Shown here in pieces: positions 39,859-48,091 of a stretch of DNA of 64,000 bases. The position numbers and the translations under genes were made by a program. A model generated the notes under the pieces. It was not told the DNA's origin. It saw only the letters and a list, made by a program, of their open reading frames with translations, and did no database searches. Source of the DNA: a phage. Every line of letters starts with the position of its first letter. The first letter of the stretch is position 1. The stretch lies in NCBI GenBank assembly GCA_017003895.1, contig GCA_017003895.1_4520.1; one strand, 5' to 3'.

Positions 39859-40638
39859 ATGGCAGTAGTAGGAATTCCTGGTTGGATTGGGACTTCAGCC
39901 GTCGCTGAAACCGGGCAAAGATGGATGTCGGCCGCTTCTAGAGAATTGCGTCTTGGTAACCCATCCTGGATGTCACAATTTGCTGGACGCTCAAGAGAAA
40001 TTATTCATACACTTGGAGCAGACCATAACTTCAATGGTCAATGGTTCCGAGATAGATGTTTTGAGGCAGGTAGTGCACCTATAGTGTTTAATATCACCGG
40101 AAATTTGGTATCATATAGTAAAGATGTTCCATTATTCTTTATGTATGGCGATACGCCAAATGAATATGTTACTTTGAATATTCATGGTGGGGTTCATATG
40201 TGGGGACGAGGTGGTAACGGTACTGTAAACGGAAACCCAGGCACAAATGGCGGTGATGTAATCCAAAATGATATCGGCGGAAGACTTCGTATTTGGAACT
40301 ATGGCGTTATTGCATCAGGTGGTGGTGGTGGTGGTGCAGTGTCATTACAGAATAGCTGGGCGCCAAATGCTACAGCAGGTGGCGGTGGCGGCAGACCATT
40401 TGGCCTCGGCGGCGGTGGCGTTAATTGGCCTGGCGGTAATGCTAGTTATGACGCCCCGGGCGGTGCCGGTTACACTTCCCAATTCGGCGGAGGCAATGGC
40501 GGTGATGCTGGAGGTCGGGGCGGAGATGGATGGGGTAATCACTTATCTAGATCTGGCGGTGGTGCTCCTGGCAGAGCAGTATTCGGAAGTTCACCGTCAT
40601 GGGGTGCTACAGGCACAATCTACGGCTCCTGGATTTAA
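39859..40638 (+). CDS. 38: gp38 receptor-recognising adhesin (T2/T6 type) with glycine-rich motifs
   Basis: 259 aa; conserved N-terminal region then poly-Gly stretches (GGGGGG, GGGGG, GGGG) separating variable segments; differs from the T4-type gp38 chaperone. Confidence 0.8.
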   Translation: MAVVGIPGWIGTSAVAETGQRWMSAASRELRLGNPSWMSQFAGRSREIIHTLGADHNFNGQWFRDRCFEAGSAPIVFNITGNLVSYSKDVPLFFMYGDTPNEYVTLNIHGGVHMWGRGGNGTVNGNPGTNGGDVIQNDIGGRLRIWNYGVIASGGGGGGAVSLQNSWAPNATAGGGGGRPFGLGGGGVNWPGGNASYDAPGGAGYTSQFGGGNGGDAGGRGGDGWGNHLSRSGGGAPGRAVFGSSPSWGATGTIYGSWI

Positions 40639-40656
40639 ACGATAATACCTCTCAAT

Positions 40657-40664
40657 TATAAATA
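40657..40664 (+). promoter_or_regulatory. Late promoter TATAAATA for holin gene t
   Basis: Exact TATAAATA 8 nt upstream of the start codon at 40672-40674. Confidence 0.35.
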
Positions 40665-40671
40665 TTGATAA

Positions 40672-41343
40672 ATGGGAGGTAATATGGCAGCACCAAAAGT
40701 ATCATTTTCGCCTAGTGATATTTTATTTGGGTTGCTAGACCGCATTTTCAAAGATAACGCCTCTGGAAATATTCTTATTTCAAGAGTTGCTGTTGTAGTT
40801 CTTTTGTTCCTAATGGCACTAATATGGTACAAAGGGAATATTTTTATGGATTATTACGTGAGGTCGAAATATGATACTTACACAGAAGTAATTCAAAAAG
40901 AAAGAAATACACGATTTGAATCTGCGGCTTTAGAACAACTACAAATAGTCCATGTCACATCAAGGGCGGATTTTAGTTCGGTGTATTCTTTCAGACCTAA
41001 AAATCTAAATTATTTCGTCGACCTTATTGCGTATGAAGGTAAGTTACCTAGCACAGTAACTGAAAAATCTATGGGAGGATTTCCTGTTGATAAAACGACA
41101 GCAGAATATTCGGTCCATTTAAGTGGACTTCACTTTACTTCTAAAACAGATTTTGCTTTCTTACCAACCAAATCAAAAACTCCGGAACTGGCGTATATGT
41201 ATAGTTGTCCTTACTTCAATTTAGATAACATATATGCGGGAACTGTTTCTATGTATTGGTATAAGGGGTCGGATGTGTTAAATGAAGAACGCTTGGCTGC
41301 AATATGCAACCAAGCAGCAAGGATATTAGGGCGGGCTAAATAA
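40672..41343 (+). CDS. t: Holin T
   Basis: 223 aa (T4 T 218 aa); one N-terminal transmembrane segment and large periplasmic domain; strong match to recalled T4 T (FSPSDILFG.LDR.FKDNA, SCPYFNLDNIYAG, AQAARILGRAK). Confidence 0.9.
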   Translation: MGGNMAAPKVSFSPSDILFGLLDRIFKDNASGNILISRVAVVVLLFLMALIWYKGNIFMDYYVRSKYDTYTEVIQKERNTRFESAALEQLQIVHVTSRADFSSVYSFRPKNLNYFVDLIAYEGKLPSTVTEKSMGGFPVDKTTAEYSVHLSGLHFTSKTDFAFLPTKSKTPELAYMYSCPYFNLDNIYAGTVSMYWYKGSDVLNEERLAAICNQAARILGRAK

Positions 41344-41616
41344 TTAGTTGTTAGAATACATCGTCAAATGGCGATAAATATTTTCAAAACCTTCATTGAA
41401 TTCACTAATCAGTGTTTTCTTTTCTTCGGCAGTTAAATTTGTAATTAGTTTTCTGAACGAATTCTGATTTAGCTGCCGACCATCTTTTTTAATTCCAATC
41501 TCATTCAAGAATCCGATGAAATTTGCTCGGTCTTCAACAATATCTTCCCTAGAGAATTTAATCAAAATAGAAGCAATAGTAATAATTTCACGTACGATTT
41601 CAATGTCTTTATTCAT
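41344..41616 (-). CDS. asiA: Anti-sigma70 factor AsiA
   Basis: 90 aa, same as T4 AsiA; strong match to recalled T4 AsiA (MNK.I..VREIIT.ASILIKFSREDIVE.RANFI.FLNEIG); stop abuts the t stop with no spacer. Confidence 0.9.
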   Translation of the reverse strand: MNKDIEIVREIITIASILIKFSREDIVEDRANFIGFLNEIGIKKDGRQLNQNSFRKLITNLTAEEKKTLISEFNEGFENIYRHLTMYSNN

Positions 41617-41662
41617 AACGTTTTATTCATTCCACTTAGTTGATATGGATATAGTACCATTA

Positions 41663-41824
41663 TCAGTGTTGATTGTAAACATCTTTTTCTACACTTTTAA
41701 CGTAATTGGTGTAGTCTTCCTGTTCGTACGAGTGTAAGGCCAAGAACTGAACTAATAGTTCATTATAGACTAAAGCCTCACGCTCACGTTCGGCCTCTAC
41801 TACGTTCTGAAGATTATGACTCAT
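41663..41824 (-). CDS. Hypothetical small protein (start uncertain; track ORF extends to 41878)
   Basis: Track ORF overlaps the upstream gene by 53 nt; internal ATG at 41822-41824 removes the overlap. Confidence 0.35.
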   Translation of the reverse strand: MSHNLQNVVEAEREREALVYNELLVQFLALHSYEQEDYTNYVKSVEKDVYNQH

Positions 41825-41825
41825 A

Positions 41826-42200
41826 TCATTCCTTATAACTATCAATATAGTCTTGTATGTCGAAGAATGACATTTCATATTCTAGGGCATTAAGAGCCCG
41901 TTCTTCAGTGTAGTCGGAACCAAAGACGATAGTGATTTCACCAGGCTTCATGTGATTGAAATCGACACTAAAAGGAATACGAGAACATACTTCATCTGCC
42001 ATATCTGCAACAACACTACGATACACTTCTCGGTTAACCTGATAAAGCTCTGCGAGTTCTTCGCAACGAATAACAAGTTCAGTGGCAGGATTTTCTTTGA
42101 TTTTAGTAAGCATAGTCTTTACCCTTATGTTTTTGTTTGCGTTTAGATTGAAGTTCTGATTTCTTCTTGTCCTTATGGACAGAAGCCTTATTGAAATCAT
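41826..42200 (-). CDS. Hypothetical protein
   Basis: 124-aa ORF in operon orientation. Confidence 0.5.
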   Translation of the reverse strand: MISIRLLSIRTRRNQNFNLNANKNIRVKTMLTKIKENPATELVIRCEELAELYQVNREVYRSVVADMADEVCSRIPFSVDFNHMKPGEITIVFGSDYTEERALNALEYEMSFFDIQDYIDSYKE

Positions 42201-42412
42201 GTTTTGCTACAAGATTGTTCATAATGATTTATAACCTCATTTAAACATTTATCAGTAAAAGAAAACTTTTTAGCCACAGAACATTCGATAATGTGTTCTT
42301 TCAAATCTTTAGAGTCAGTATAACCCATCTCAGTAATAAAGTGGCGAATTAAAGCTTTATTCTTATCATTAACAGAATTAAAATAATCTGCTTTAGAATC
42401 AATTATTCTCAT
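42197..42412 (-). CDS. Hypothetical protein
   Basis: 71-aa ORF with overlapping start/stop. Confidence 0.45.
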   Translation of the reverse strand: MRIIDSKADYFNSVNDKNKALIRHFITEMGYTDSKDLKEHIIECSVAKKFSFTDKCLNEVINHYEQSCSKT

Positions 42413-42680
42413 CGTCTAATTTCCTTAATTGATATTGCAACGAGCTAATAATTTCTTCGTTAATTTTAATATACATGTCGCGCAAGAAAGGTTTTAACCC
42501 TTCACGAATAATTGCTAATGTATCACCTTTACATAAATTAACCAAATAGGGATGGTCTAAAGCATCCCAACCAGGCTGATTAGCATACATACCATAGTTT
42601 TCTTCCATCATATGATTAAGACGTTTTATATCTTGGATACGTGATTCAATAGCATCTTTCTGGAGTTGTTTAATATTCAT
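42399..42680 (-). CDS. Hypothetical protein (size and position compatible with T4 Arn, unverified)
   Basis: 93-aa ORF (T4 Arn 92 aa) in the asiA-motA interval; no motif recognised. Confidence 0.4.
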   Translation of the reverse strand: MNIKQLQKDAIESRIQDIKRLNHMMEENYGMYANQPGWDALDHPYLVNLCKGDTLAIIREGLKPFLRDMYIKINEEIISSLQYQLRKLDDENN

Positions 42681-43141
42681 TAATAAAGGTCCTCTGAATA
42701 AAGTTCTTTCTCACTTCCACCACGTTCAATACGTACCTGTCCAGCATATGTTGCAATAATCATTGCTTCTTCACGCGTCCAGTAATTAGAGTATTGGTCA
42801 ATAAAACCTTGGTCGTCACCACAAACTTGTTGCGAGACTAATTGAGGACCAACTATATCAAGTACTTCAGCCATATCTTTAGAGTAATGACGAACTCCAG
42901 GAATAATCAGAGTTCCGCCGCTCTTCAATTTAAACCTATTAGCTGCACATACTATAACACGTTGAACTTTTTGGTCATTGTTCCAATAGCACGTTTGCCA
43001 ACAGATTTCAGGAACTTCATTCATTATATCATCAGCAGAATAATTATAACCGTAGGACTGGAATTTTTCTGCTAGACTTTCAGGAGTCTCACGAGACAAG
43101 GCCAAATCTAATAGCTCTAAACGTTCTTTAAATGATTTCAT
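42680..43141 (-). CDS. Hypothetical protein
   Basis: 153-aa ORF; stop overlaps the next start. Confidence 0.5.
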   Translation of the reverse strand: MKSFKERLELLDLALSRETPESLAEKFQSYGYNYSADDIMNEVPEICWQTCYWNNDQKVQRVIVCAANRFKLKSGGTLIIPGVRHYSKDMAEVLDIVGPQLVSQQVCGDDQGFIDQYSNYWTREEAMIIATYAGQVRIERGGSEKELYSEDLY

Positions 43142-43467
43142 TTAAACCATTCCTTAATACGTTGCCAAATAGATTTTTGTGCTTGTTTATTTACACCAAT
43201 CGAACGAATAACCGGTTGTGACTGCTGATATTCTTTATAATCTTCTTTATAGATTTCGTAAGCTGCATCAACAAATGAACTGATCGCTGACATGTAGTTT
43301 TTACGAAGGCCAAATGGCGCGTCATTATTTTCACGAATAACTGTATATTGGCCTGCTTTAATCTTTACAATTGTCCCTAAATAAGCCCCGTGGTACCAAA
43401 TATCCCATCCTTCCTGAGTAGGTTCTGCACATTTACGAAGTTCGTTAATAATATTCAGCTTATTCAT
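43138..43467 (-). CDS. Hypothetical protein
   Basis: 109-aa ORF immediately downstream of motA. Confidence 0.5.
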   Translation of the reverse strand: MNKLNIINELRKCAEPTQEGWDIWYHGAYLGTIVKIKAGQYTVIRENNDAPFGLRKNYMSAISSFVDAAYEIYKEDYKEYQQSQPVIRSIGVNKQAQKSIWQRIKEWFK

Positions 43468-43477
43468 TATGTATTCC

Positions 43478-44110
43478 TCACAGTACGTTAGTTACAAGGG
43501 TAATGATTTCTTTGGACACATTAGGGAAGTCAATGTAAGTATATTTACCACCGATCTTAATCTTAACATCATTTTCAAGAGAAGTAAACAGCTTTGATTC
43601 AGTTTCTGACATGTTGTATGCAAAGATTCTAAGAGCGCCATCTCGTCGAATTTCAATTTGGCGAATACCTAGAACTCGTTTTGCAAATCTAACTTCCAAG
43701 TTACTACGGTTTTCACCAATTTCCTTAACTTCAACTTTATCTTTAATATTTTCAAAAACAAAGTTTGCTAGTTCATGCATTTCAGGAGTAACTCCACGTG
43801 CTTTTCTAGTGTTACGTTTCTGAAGAAGTTCTGGAGCATTTTCTTGGGCAAAGAGGTCTGCAGCTTTTTGGATAATATCCATTGCTTCGCCGGTTGCCAC
43901 AAGTCCATCACCAGATTTTTCGACTAAACCTTTCTTAATCAATACACCAATGTTAGAGTTAACAACTGATGCATTGTATTCTGCTTCCAGAGCTTCACGG
44001 ACATTGGCAGCAGTGGTGAAGTTGTTCTTAATGATATAAACCATTATTGCAGCAGTTTTTTCATTCAGAGCGTTTTCAGAAGCTTTGATGATGTAAGTAA
44101 CTTTAGACAT
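43478..44110 (-). CDS. motA: Middle-transcription activator MotA
   Basis: Track ORF is 240 aa; the recalled T4 MotA N-terminus (MSKVTYIIKAS) starts at the internal ATG at 44108-44110, giving 210 aa (T4 211 aa). Confidence 0.85.
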   Translation of the reverse strand: MSKVTYIIKASENALNEKTAAIMVYIIKNNFTTAANVREALEAEYNASVVNSNIGVLIKKGLVEKSGDGLVATGEAMDIIQKAADLFAQENAPELLQKRNTRKARGVTPEMHELANFVFENIKDKVEVKEIGENRSNLEVRFAKRVLGIRQIEIRRDGALRIFAYNMSETESKLFTSLENDVKIKIGGKYTYIDFPNVSKEIITLVTNVL

Positions 44111-44147
44111 TTTATTTCTCCAAATTAGTATTTGTTTTGATAGGTCT

Positions 44148-44176
44148 ATAATATCATGTTTGAAGCACATGTAAAC
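44148..44176 (-). promoter_or_regulatory. Early promoter for motA, GTTTACA-N17-TATTAT
   Basis: Plus gtaaac at 44171-44176 and ataata at 44148-44153. Confidence 0.5.
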
Positions 44177-44195
44177 TGTTTTGTGAGAAAAAATG

Positions 44196-44219
44196 CACAA
44201 AAGGGAGCTTCGGCTCCCT
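44196..44219 (-). terminator. CUUCGG tetraloop hairpin terminator between gene 52 and motA
   Basis: gggagc-ttcg-gctccc; followed on the minus strand by UUUU. Confidence 0.5.
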
Positions 44220-44294
44220 AATCATGATTGTCCAACCAATACAGCCAAATCACTAGTGCAGCTATTGCACCGAGAAATCCTAAGGCTAGGGCAC

Positions 44295-45620
44295 TCAAAG
44301 TGCCTCCAAGTCTTTAGTGTACTCTGTCACAACATCAGTAGACTTCCAATACTCATTTTCTTCTTTCTTAGCTTTAGCTTCTTCTGCTAGTTTACGTGCT
44401 TCATCGGAAGTGATATGGAAGATGTTAAGTCCTACCAGTTTATCGACATGTTCTTTATACATTTCGATTTGTGCTAGCTCTTCAGTCAAAGCTTTACGTG
44501 TCTTGCCCTGAATCACAATTTCGCCACTGATAACTTTTTTGATGAAGTGTGCCTTAGCAAAAGCAAGTTTAAATGCTTTTTCAGATTCAAGGATTTTGTT
44601 ATCAATACGTTTCTGAACGTAAGTCTTACGGACTTCAACAAAATCTTTGATTAAGTCCACTACGTTATCGTAGACCGCTAATTTACCCTTTTCATTAATC
44701 ACTGTGATGTTTTGTGAACGACGTTCGATGAGACTAAAATCTTTCATGATTTTTTCATGACGTAGCTCTTCATCGTCAGGAAGCGAGTACTCTTTACGGA
44801 ACTTCACCTTAAATCCAAAGCCGTGTTCACCACAATCATCTTCCCATGAGATTAGACCTTTGTCTTCCAACGGGTCAAGAACCTTACTCACATACGTTTC
44901 ACGGTCGAATTTATATGGGATTTCAGTTATCTGCATTTGAGTGCGAGATGTGAACTTATATGTTCCGTGAATCTCATAACGCCCATCAACTTCATGCACT
45001 TCACCACGGAATTCCGGGAATTCAACTTTTGGTTTAGTGACATTTTTACCTTGAAGAGCTTGTAATACAGCCTTTTTGACCGATTTAAAACTATGAGGCA
45101 GAATATTTGTTGCGTAACCGGTTGCAATACCAGAGACGCCATTCAAAAGAACTGTCGGAATAATAGGAAGATAGAATTTTGGTGGAACGTGTTCTTTATC
45201 TTCATGTGCTGGAGCATATTCAGTATCTTTATATACGTTATAGAAATTTTTACTTACACGAGCAAAAATATAACGAGATGCTGCAGCCTTTTGGACTGTT
45301 CTAGAACCAAAGTTGCCTTGGCCATCTAACAGTGGATAGTTGTTATTCCATGTGTTAGCCATCAATGCACCTGCATCTTGTGCAGAAGATTCACCATGGT
45401 GATAACCTAAATCTGCAACACCTCCTGCAATTGACGCAAGTTTATGAAATTTTTCTTTATTACCACGAGCCAAATCTAATGCACGATGAACCACAAAACG
45501 TTGAACCGGCTTAAATCCATCAATCATGTTCGGGATTGCACGGTTTTCAACGGTGTACATCGCATATGCTAAGGCTTCGTTATCAATAATACTTTTTAGA
45601 TTACGAGAATTCAATTGCAT
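44295..45620 (-). CDS. 52: DNA topoisomerase II medium subunit gp52 (GyrA-like)
   Basis: 441 aa (T4 gp52 442 aa); GyrA-like cleavage-religation domain with catalytic-tyrosine region; T4 position next to motA. Confidence 0.85.
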   Translation of the reverse strand: MQLNSRNLKSIIDNEALAYAMYTVENRAIPNMIDGFKPVQRFVVHRALDLARGNKEKFHKLASIAGGVADLGYHHGESSAQDAGALMANTWNNNYPLLDGQGNFGSRTVQKAAASRYIFARVSKNFYNVYKDTEYAPAHEDKEHVPPKFYLPIIPTVLLNGVSGIATGYATNILPHSFKSVKKAVLQALQGKNVTKPKVEFPEFRGEVHEVDGRYEIHGTYKFTSRTQMQITEIPYKFDRETYVSKVLDPLEDKGLISWEDDCGEHGFGFKVKFRKEYSLPDDEELRHEKIMKDFSLIERRSQNITVINEKGKLAVYDNVVDLIKDFVEVRKTYVQKRIDNKILESEKAFKLAFAKAHFIKKVISGEIVIQGKTRKALTEELAQIEMYKEHVDKLVGLNIFHITSDEARKLAEEAKAKKEENEYWKSTDVVTEYTKDLEAL

Positions 45621-45624
45621 ATTT

Positions 45625-45765
45625 TCACCATATTAATGAACGAATATCCATTATAACATCTGAAATGAAAAGCACTACTTGGATTAGCCCAAACATCACA
45701 CCGTAGTACAGAACCGTAAGCAGCAACAAGAGCCCGAAGGCTCCTGCTAAGATTTTCTTAATCAT
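45625..45765 (-). CDS. Small hydrophobic membrane peptide (46 aa), not in ORF track
   Basis: Manual translation MIKKILAGAFGLLLLLTVLYYGVMFGLIQVVLFISDVIMDIRSLIW; stop 4 nt before the gene 52 start. Confidence 0.4.
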   Translation of the reverse strand: MIKKILAGAFGLLLLLTVLYYGVMFGLIQVVLFISDVIMDIRSLIW

Positions 45766-45911
45766 TACTCGCCTTTTAACACGTTAAGAAGAGCTAAGAC
45801 CGCTAAGGTACCTTGTGATATGGCCTGTTGAAATACTGTTGTTTCGCCTGTAACTAAAGTGTTAACGAATAAAAACGACCAACACAGCAATGCAATAATC
45901 CATGCTACCAT
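45765..45911 (-). CDS. Small hydrophobic membrane peptide (48 aa), not in ORF track
   Basis: Manual translation MVAWIIALLCWSFLFVNTLVTGETTVFQQAISQGTLAVLALLNVLKGE; stop overlaps the next start (TAATG). Confidence 0.4.
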   Translation of the reverse strand: MVAWIIALLCWSFLFVNTLVTGETTVFQQAISQGTLAVLALLNVLKGE

Positions 45912-45919
45912 TTTAATTA

Positions 45920-45957
45920 CCTCAAAAATAAATTAAAGGCCTAACTTAATAGGCCTG
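45920..45957 (-). terminator. Rho-independent terminator downstream of ndd
   Basis: Inverted repeat aggcct(N8)aggcct followed on the minus strand by a U-rich tract. Confidence 0.45.
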
Positions 45958-45963
45958 TATAAA

Positions 45964-46410
45964 TTAATAACTCTGCAGAATGAATTTGAAATTATCTGCC
46001 AGAAGACGGTTCATTTCAGTGAGTGTTTGATATTCTGATGTATGGTTGCGAGTGAATGCCAGAGCCAATTGACCTTTACCATAACCAGTGGTCAGTGGTT
46101 TCATGTTCTTAGCTGCAACAAAGATTACATCATATTCAATATTGTTAGTGCCCATGGTACGGGCTAGTTGCGAACGGCCTTGACGAATGTGAGAAAGAAT
46201 TGCATCCAACCCTTGTTTAGAACGTTGACGTCCTACAAAGAATCGTGCTGCTACTTGTCGCCAATCAGATGAACCTTTAACGAAGAAGTAAAAACCTTCA
46301 CGAGAACGAAACTCTTTAGAAACTTCAGAACCGTATTCACCATTACGAACTACTGCAACAACTTCACCGCCAACTGCCAGAAGGTCTTTACGAGTTAAAT
46401 ATTTGGACAT
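45964..46410 (-). CDS. ndd: Nucleoid disruption protein Ndd
   Basis: 148 aa (T4 Ndd 151 aa); shares recalled T4 Ndd motifs ([55 protein letters not shown]). Confidence 0.8.
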   Translation of the reverse strand: MSKYLTRKDLLAVGGEVVAVVRNGEYGSEVSKEFRSREGFYFFVKGSSDWRQVAARFFVGRQRSKQGLDAILSHIRQGRSQLARTMGTNNIEYDVIFVAAKNMKPLTTGYGKGQLALAFTRNHTSEYQTLTEMNRLLADNFKFILQSY

Positions 46411-46454
46411 GCTAATTTCCTCAATTGATTAATGTTTTTGTAATCCATGAGAGC

Positions 46455-46483
46455 ATTATACTCTGCTCTCAAGAGTTTGTACA
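46455..46483 (-). promoter_or_regulatory. Early promoter for ndd (TGTACA-N17-TATAAT) with -10 in hairpin loop
   Basis: Minus strand reads tTGTACAaactcttgagagcagagTATAATgctc; inverted repeat gagagca/tgctctc (46449-46470) flanks the -10. Confidence 0.55.
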
Positions 46484-46486
46484 ATT

Positions 46487-46687
46487 TTATTCGGCCATAT
46501 CAGAACGTTCAAAAAGCTCTTCAACAGTTAAACATTCAGTGTCATCCTCAATAAAGAATCGGGTCCAACACGTTGGGGCGATGCAGTTATGAGTTTGTCC
46601 AGCTATAGAAGCTACACGAATAAGCTGCTGTCCATTATTCAGGACAAATTTTTCACCAATTTCAACATCTTTAAAAAGCTTAGCCAT
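46487..46687 (-). CDS. Hypothetical protein
   Basis: 66-aa ORF preceded by an early promoter. Confidence 0.5.
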   Translation of the reverse strand: MAKLFKDVEIGEKFVLNNGQQLIRVASIAGQTHNCIAPTCWTRFFIEDDTECLTVEELFERSDMAE

Positions 46688-46715
46688 TTTGTGTTCCTCA
46701 TGTTTCAGTAGGACT

Positions 46716-46745
46716 ACTATACCATAATCCTACTGTGTTGTAAAC
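46716..46745 (-). promoter_or_regulatory. Early promoter, GTTTACA-N18-TATAGT
   Basis: Plus gtaaac at 46740-46745 and actata at 46716-46721; imperfect inverted repeat around the -10. Confidence 0.45.
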
Positions 46746-46937
46746 AATTAAATTACATTAAAATATGTTAAAGCCAACCATGTTCCAGTGAACGAACATG
46801 CAATGTAAAAAACCGTATCACAAAATGTTCTTAGTACAATAAGAAGTGCATTTTTCATAAGTACCTCAATGCAATTGAAAATATTATACAAATCATAGGG
46901 ATACTAAGCAACCATATTCCGATCCACATTTTAGAGC

Positions 46938-47201
46938 TCATATCTCAACTTCCACGAGTTCCATATATCCTTTGTTGATAACCTCTTTAAGGTCTTTAGA
47001 AAGAATGACATTAAAATGGTCATTCATATGTCCATTAACCAGACGAGTTATTTCGGCTTCAGATGACATATAAGGCACGTCCGAGTCCCAATGAGATAGT
47101 CCCAAATGGGTATAAATCATCCCTTCGTCGTCTGCAGTGTTGTACATTGAAACAAATTCGCCTGTTACTTTATGTTTTGCGTAGAAAAATTTAAATTTCA
47201 T
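46938..47201 (-). CDS. Hypothetical protein
   Basis: 87-aa ORF preceded by an early promoter. Confidence 0.5.
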   Translation of the reverse strand: MKFKFFYAKHKVTGEFVSMYNTADDEGMIYTHLGLSHWDSDVPYMSSEAEITRLVNGHMNDHFNVILSKDLKEVINKGYMELVEVEI

Positions 47202-47227
47202 AATGTTATCCTCTTTTAGATAGGACT

Positions 47228-47257
47228 ACTATATCATAGTCCTACTTAGTTGTAAAC
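47228..47257 (-). promoter_or_regulatory. Early promoter (GTTTACA-N18-TATAGT) with -10 in hairpin loop
   Basis: Plus gtaaac at 47252-47257 and actata at 47228-47233; perfect 7-bp inverted repeat aggacta/tagtcct (47222-47243). Confidence 0.5.
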
Positions 47258-47269
47258 ACTTTTATGAAA

Positions 47270-47827
47270 TTAAAGATGAAGATACCACCCGTTGTAGTTG
47301 CTCTTGCGGACGATTTTCTTTAGGTCTTCATGGTCTCCCACGAACTTTATAGAATAAGAGAAGACGTCGGGTGAGGTTTCTTTGACATCTAATATAATAA
47401 TGCAATCTGCGACTCGATGGTTCAAGAAGGGCCCTATATTGATTCCATTACCACCCGGATAATCGCCGCTGTATCCTGTGGTAACCGAAATCCATTTAGA
47501 ATCTACCTGGTGCGTCTTGACTTCGACACGCAACCCGCAGTATTTAGGATGAGCTAACACGTCCCATGCATACGTGTACGGGTCTTCTACGTCTTCAATA
47601 CCTTTATTAACATATCCATCTAGCCAATTTGCTACTACATACTCTGCAAAGACTGCAACCTTACAACGTCGAACTACATCTTCTTTGTTTTGATCAGGAT
47701 TTTGGCTCAGGGAATATCGAGCGGTGTCAGCAATCTTCACCTTCATTTCACTAGTCAAAAACTCATTCGACAGGATAAATGTCGGAAGATTCTTCAGTCT
47801 CAACAGTCCCAAGTTCGTCTTTACCAT
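47270..47827 (-). CDS. Possible endonuclease IV (denB) by size and position; start uncertain
   Basis: Track ORF 47270..47890 (206 aa) overlaps the upstream ORF; starting at Met22 gives 185 aa, the T4 DenB size. No motif recognised. Confidence 0.4.
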   Translation of the reverse strand: MVKTNLGLLRLKNLPTFILSNEFLTSEMKVKIADTARYSLSQNPDQNKEDVVRRCKVAVFAEYVVANWLDGYVNKGIEDVEDPYTYAWDVLAHPKYCGLRVEVKTHQVDSKWISVTTGYSGDYPGGNGINIGPFLNHRVADCIIILDVKETSPDVFSYSIKFVGDHEDLKKIVRKSNYNGWYLHL

Positions 47828-48050
47828 AGATACCTCTGATGTGTAGTTCGCCAAAATAAATGCGGTCACCTTCTTCAAGATATTCTGCATCTACCGGTGG
47901 GATTTCAATAACAACTTCGTCGCATTCTAACCAGCCGTAGTGTGCATCACCAGGATGTTTTACCAATTTAGCACAATAAACTGATTTACACTTATGATGA
48001 CCACGAAGATTAGCAATTTTGGATTCTGATACGTCAAATGGATGAATCAT
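47763..48050 (-). CDS. Hypothetical protein
   Basis: 95-aa ORF immediately downstream of rIIB. Confidence 0.4.
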   Translation of the reverse strand: MIHPFDVSESKIANLRGHHKCKSVYCAKLVKHPGDAHYGWLECDEVVIEIPPVDAEYLEEGDRIYFGELHIRGIYGKDELGTVETEESSDIYPVE

Positions 48051-48060
48051 AATTACCCCT

Positions 48061-48086
48061 AAAGAAAAAAGGGGACCGAAGTCCCC
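48061..48086 (-). terminator. CUUCGG tetraloop hairpin terminator after rIIB
   Basis: ggggac-cgaa-gtcccc; followed on the minus strand by UUUUUU. Confidence 0.55.
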
Positions 48087-48091
48087 AATTA

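Noticed and set aside
40300-40560. Repetitive ggtggtggtggcggcggtggc DNA, which could look like a simple-sequence repeat or G-rich array
   Set aside because: It is the in-frame coding sequence of the poly-glycine motifs of gp38, not a non-coding repeat or CRISPR array; the antisense and alternative-frame ORFs there (40268..40645, 40345..40542) are artefacts of this composition.
41341-41346. Zero-length spacer between convergent t (holin) and asiA stop codons, considered as a possible assembly join or anomaly
   Set aside because: Both genes are intact and full length with strong matches to recalled T4 sequences; convergent abutting stops are consistent with the compact genome, so this is not evidence of rearrangement.
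45731-45748. Hairpin-like gagcc-cgaa-ggctc resembling the intergenic CUUCGG terminators
   Set aside because: It lies inside the coding sequence of the 46-aa membrane peptide (codons for AGAFGLL) and has a short stem; probably coincidental rather than a terminator.
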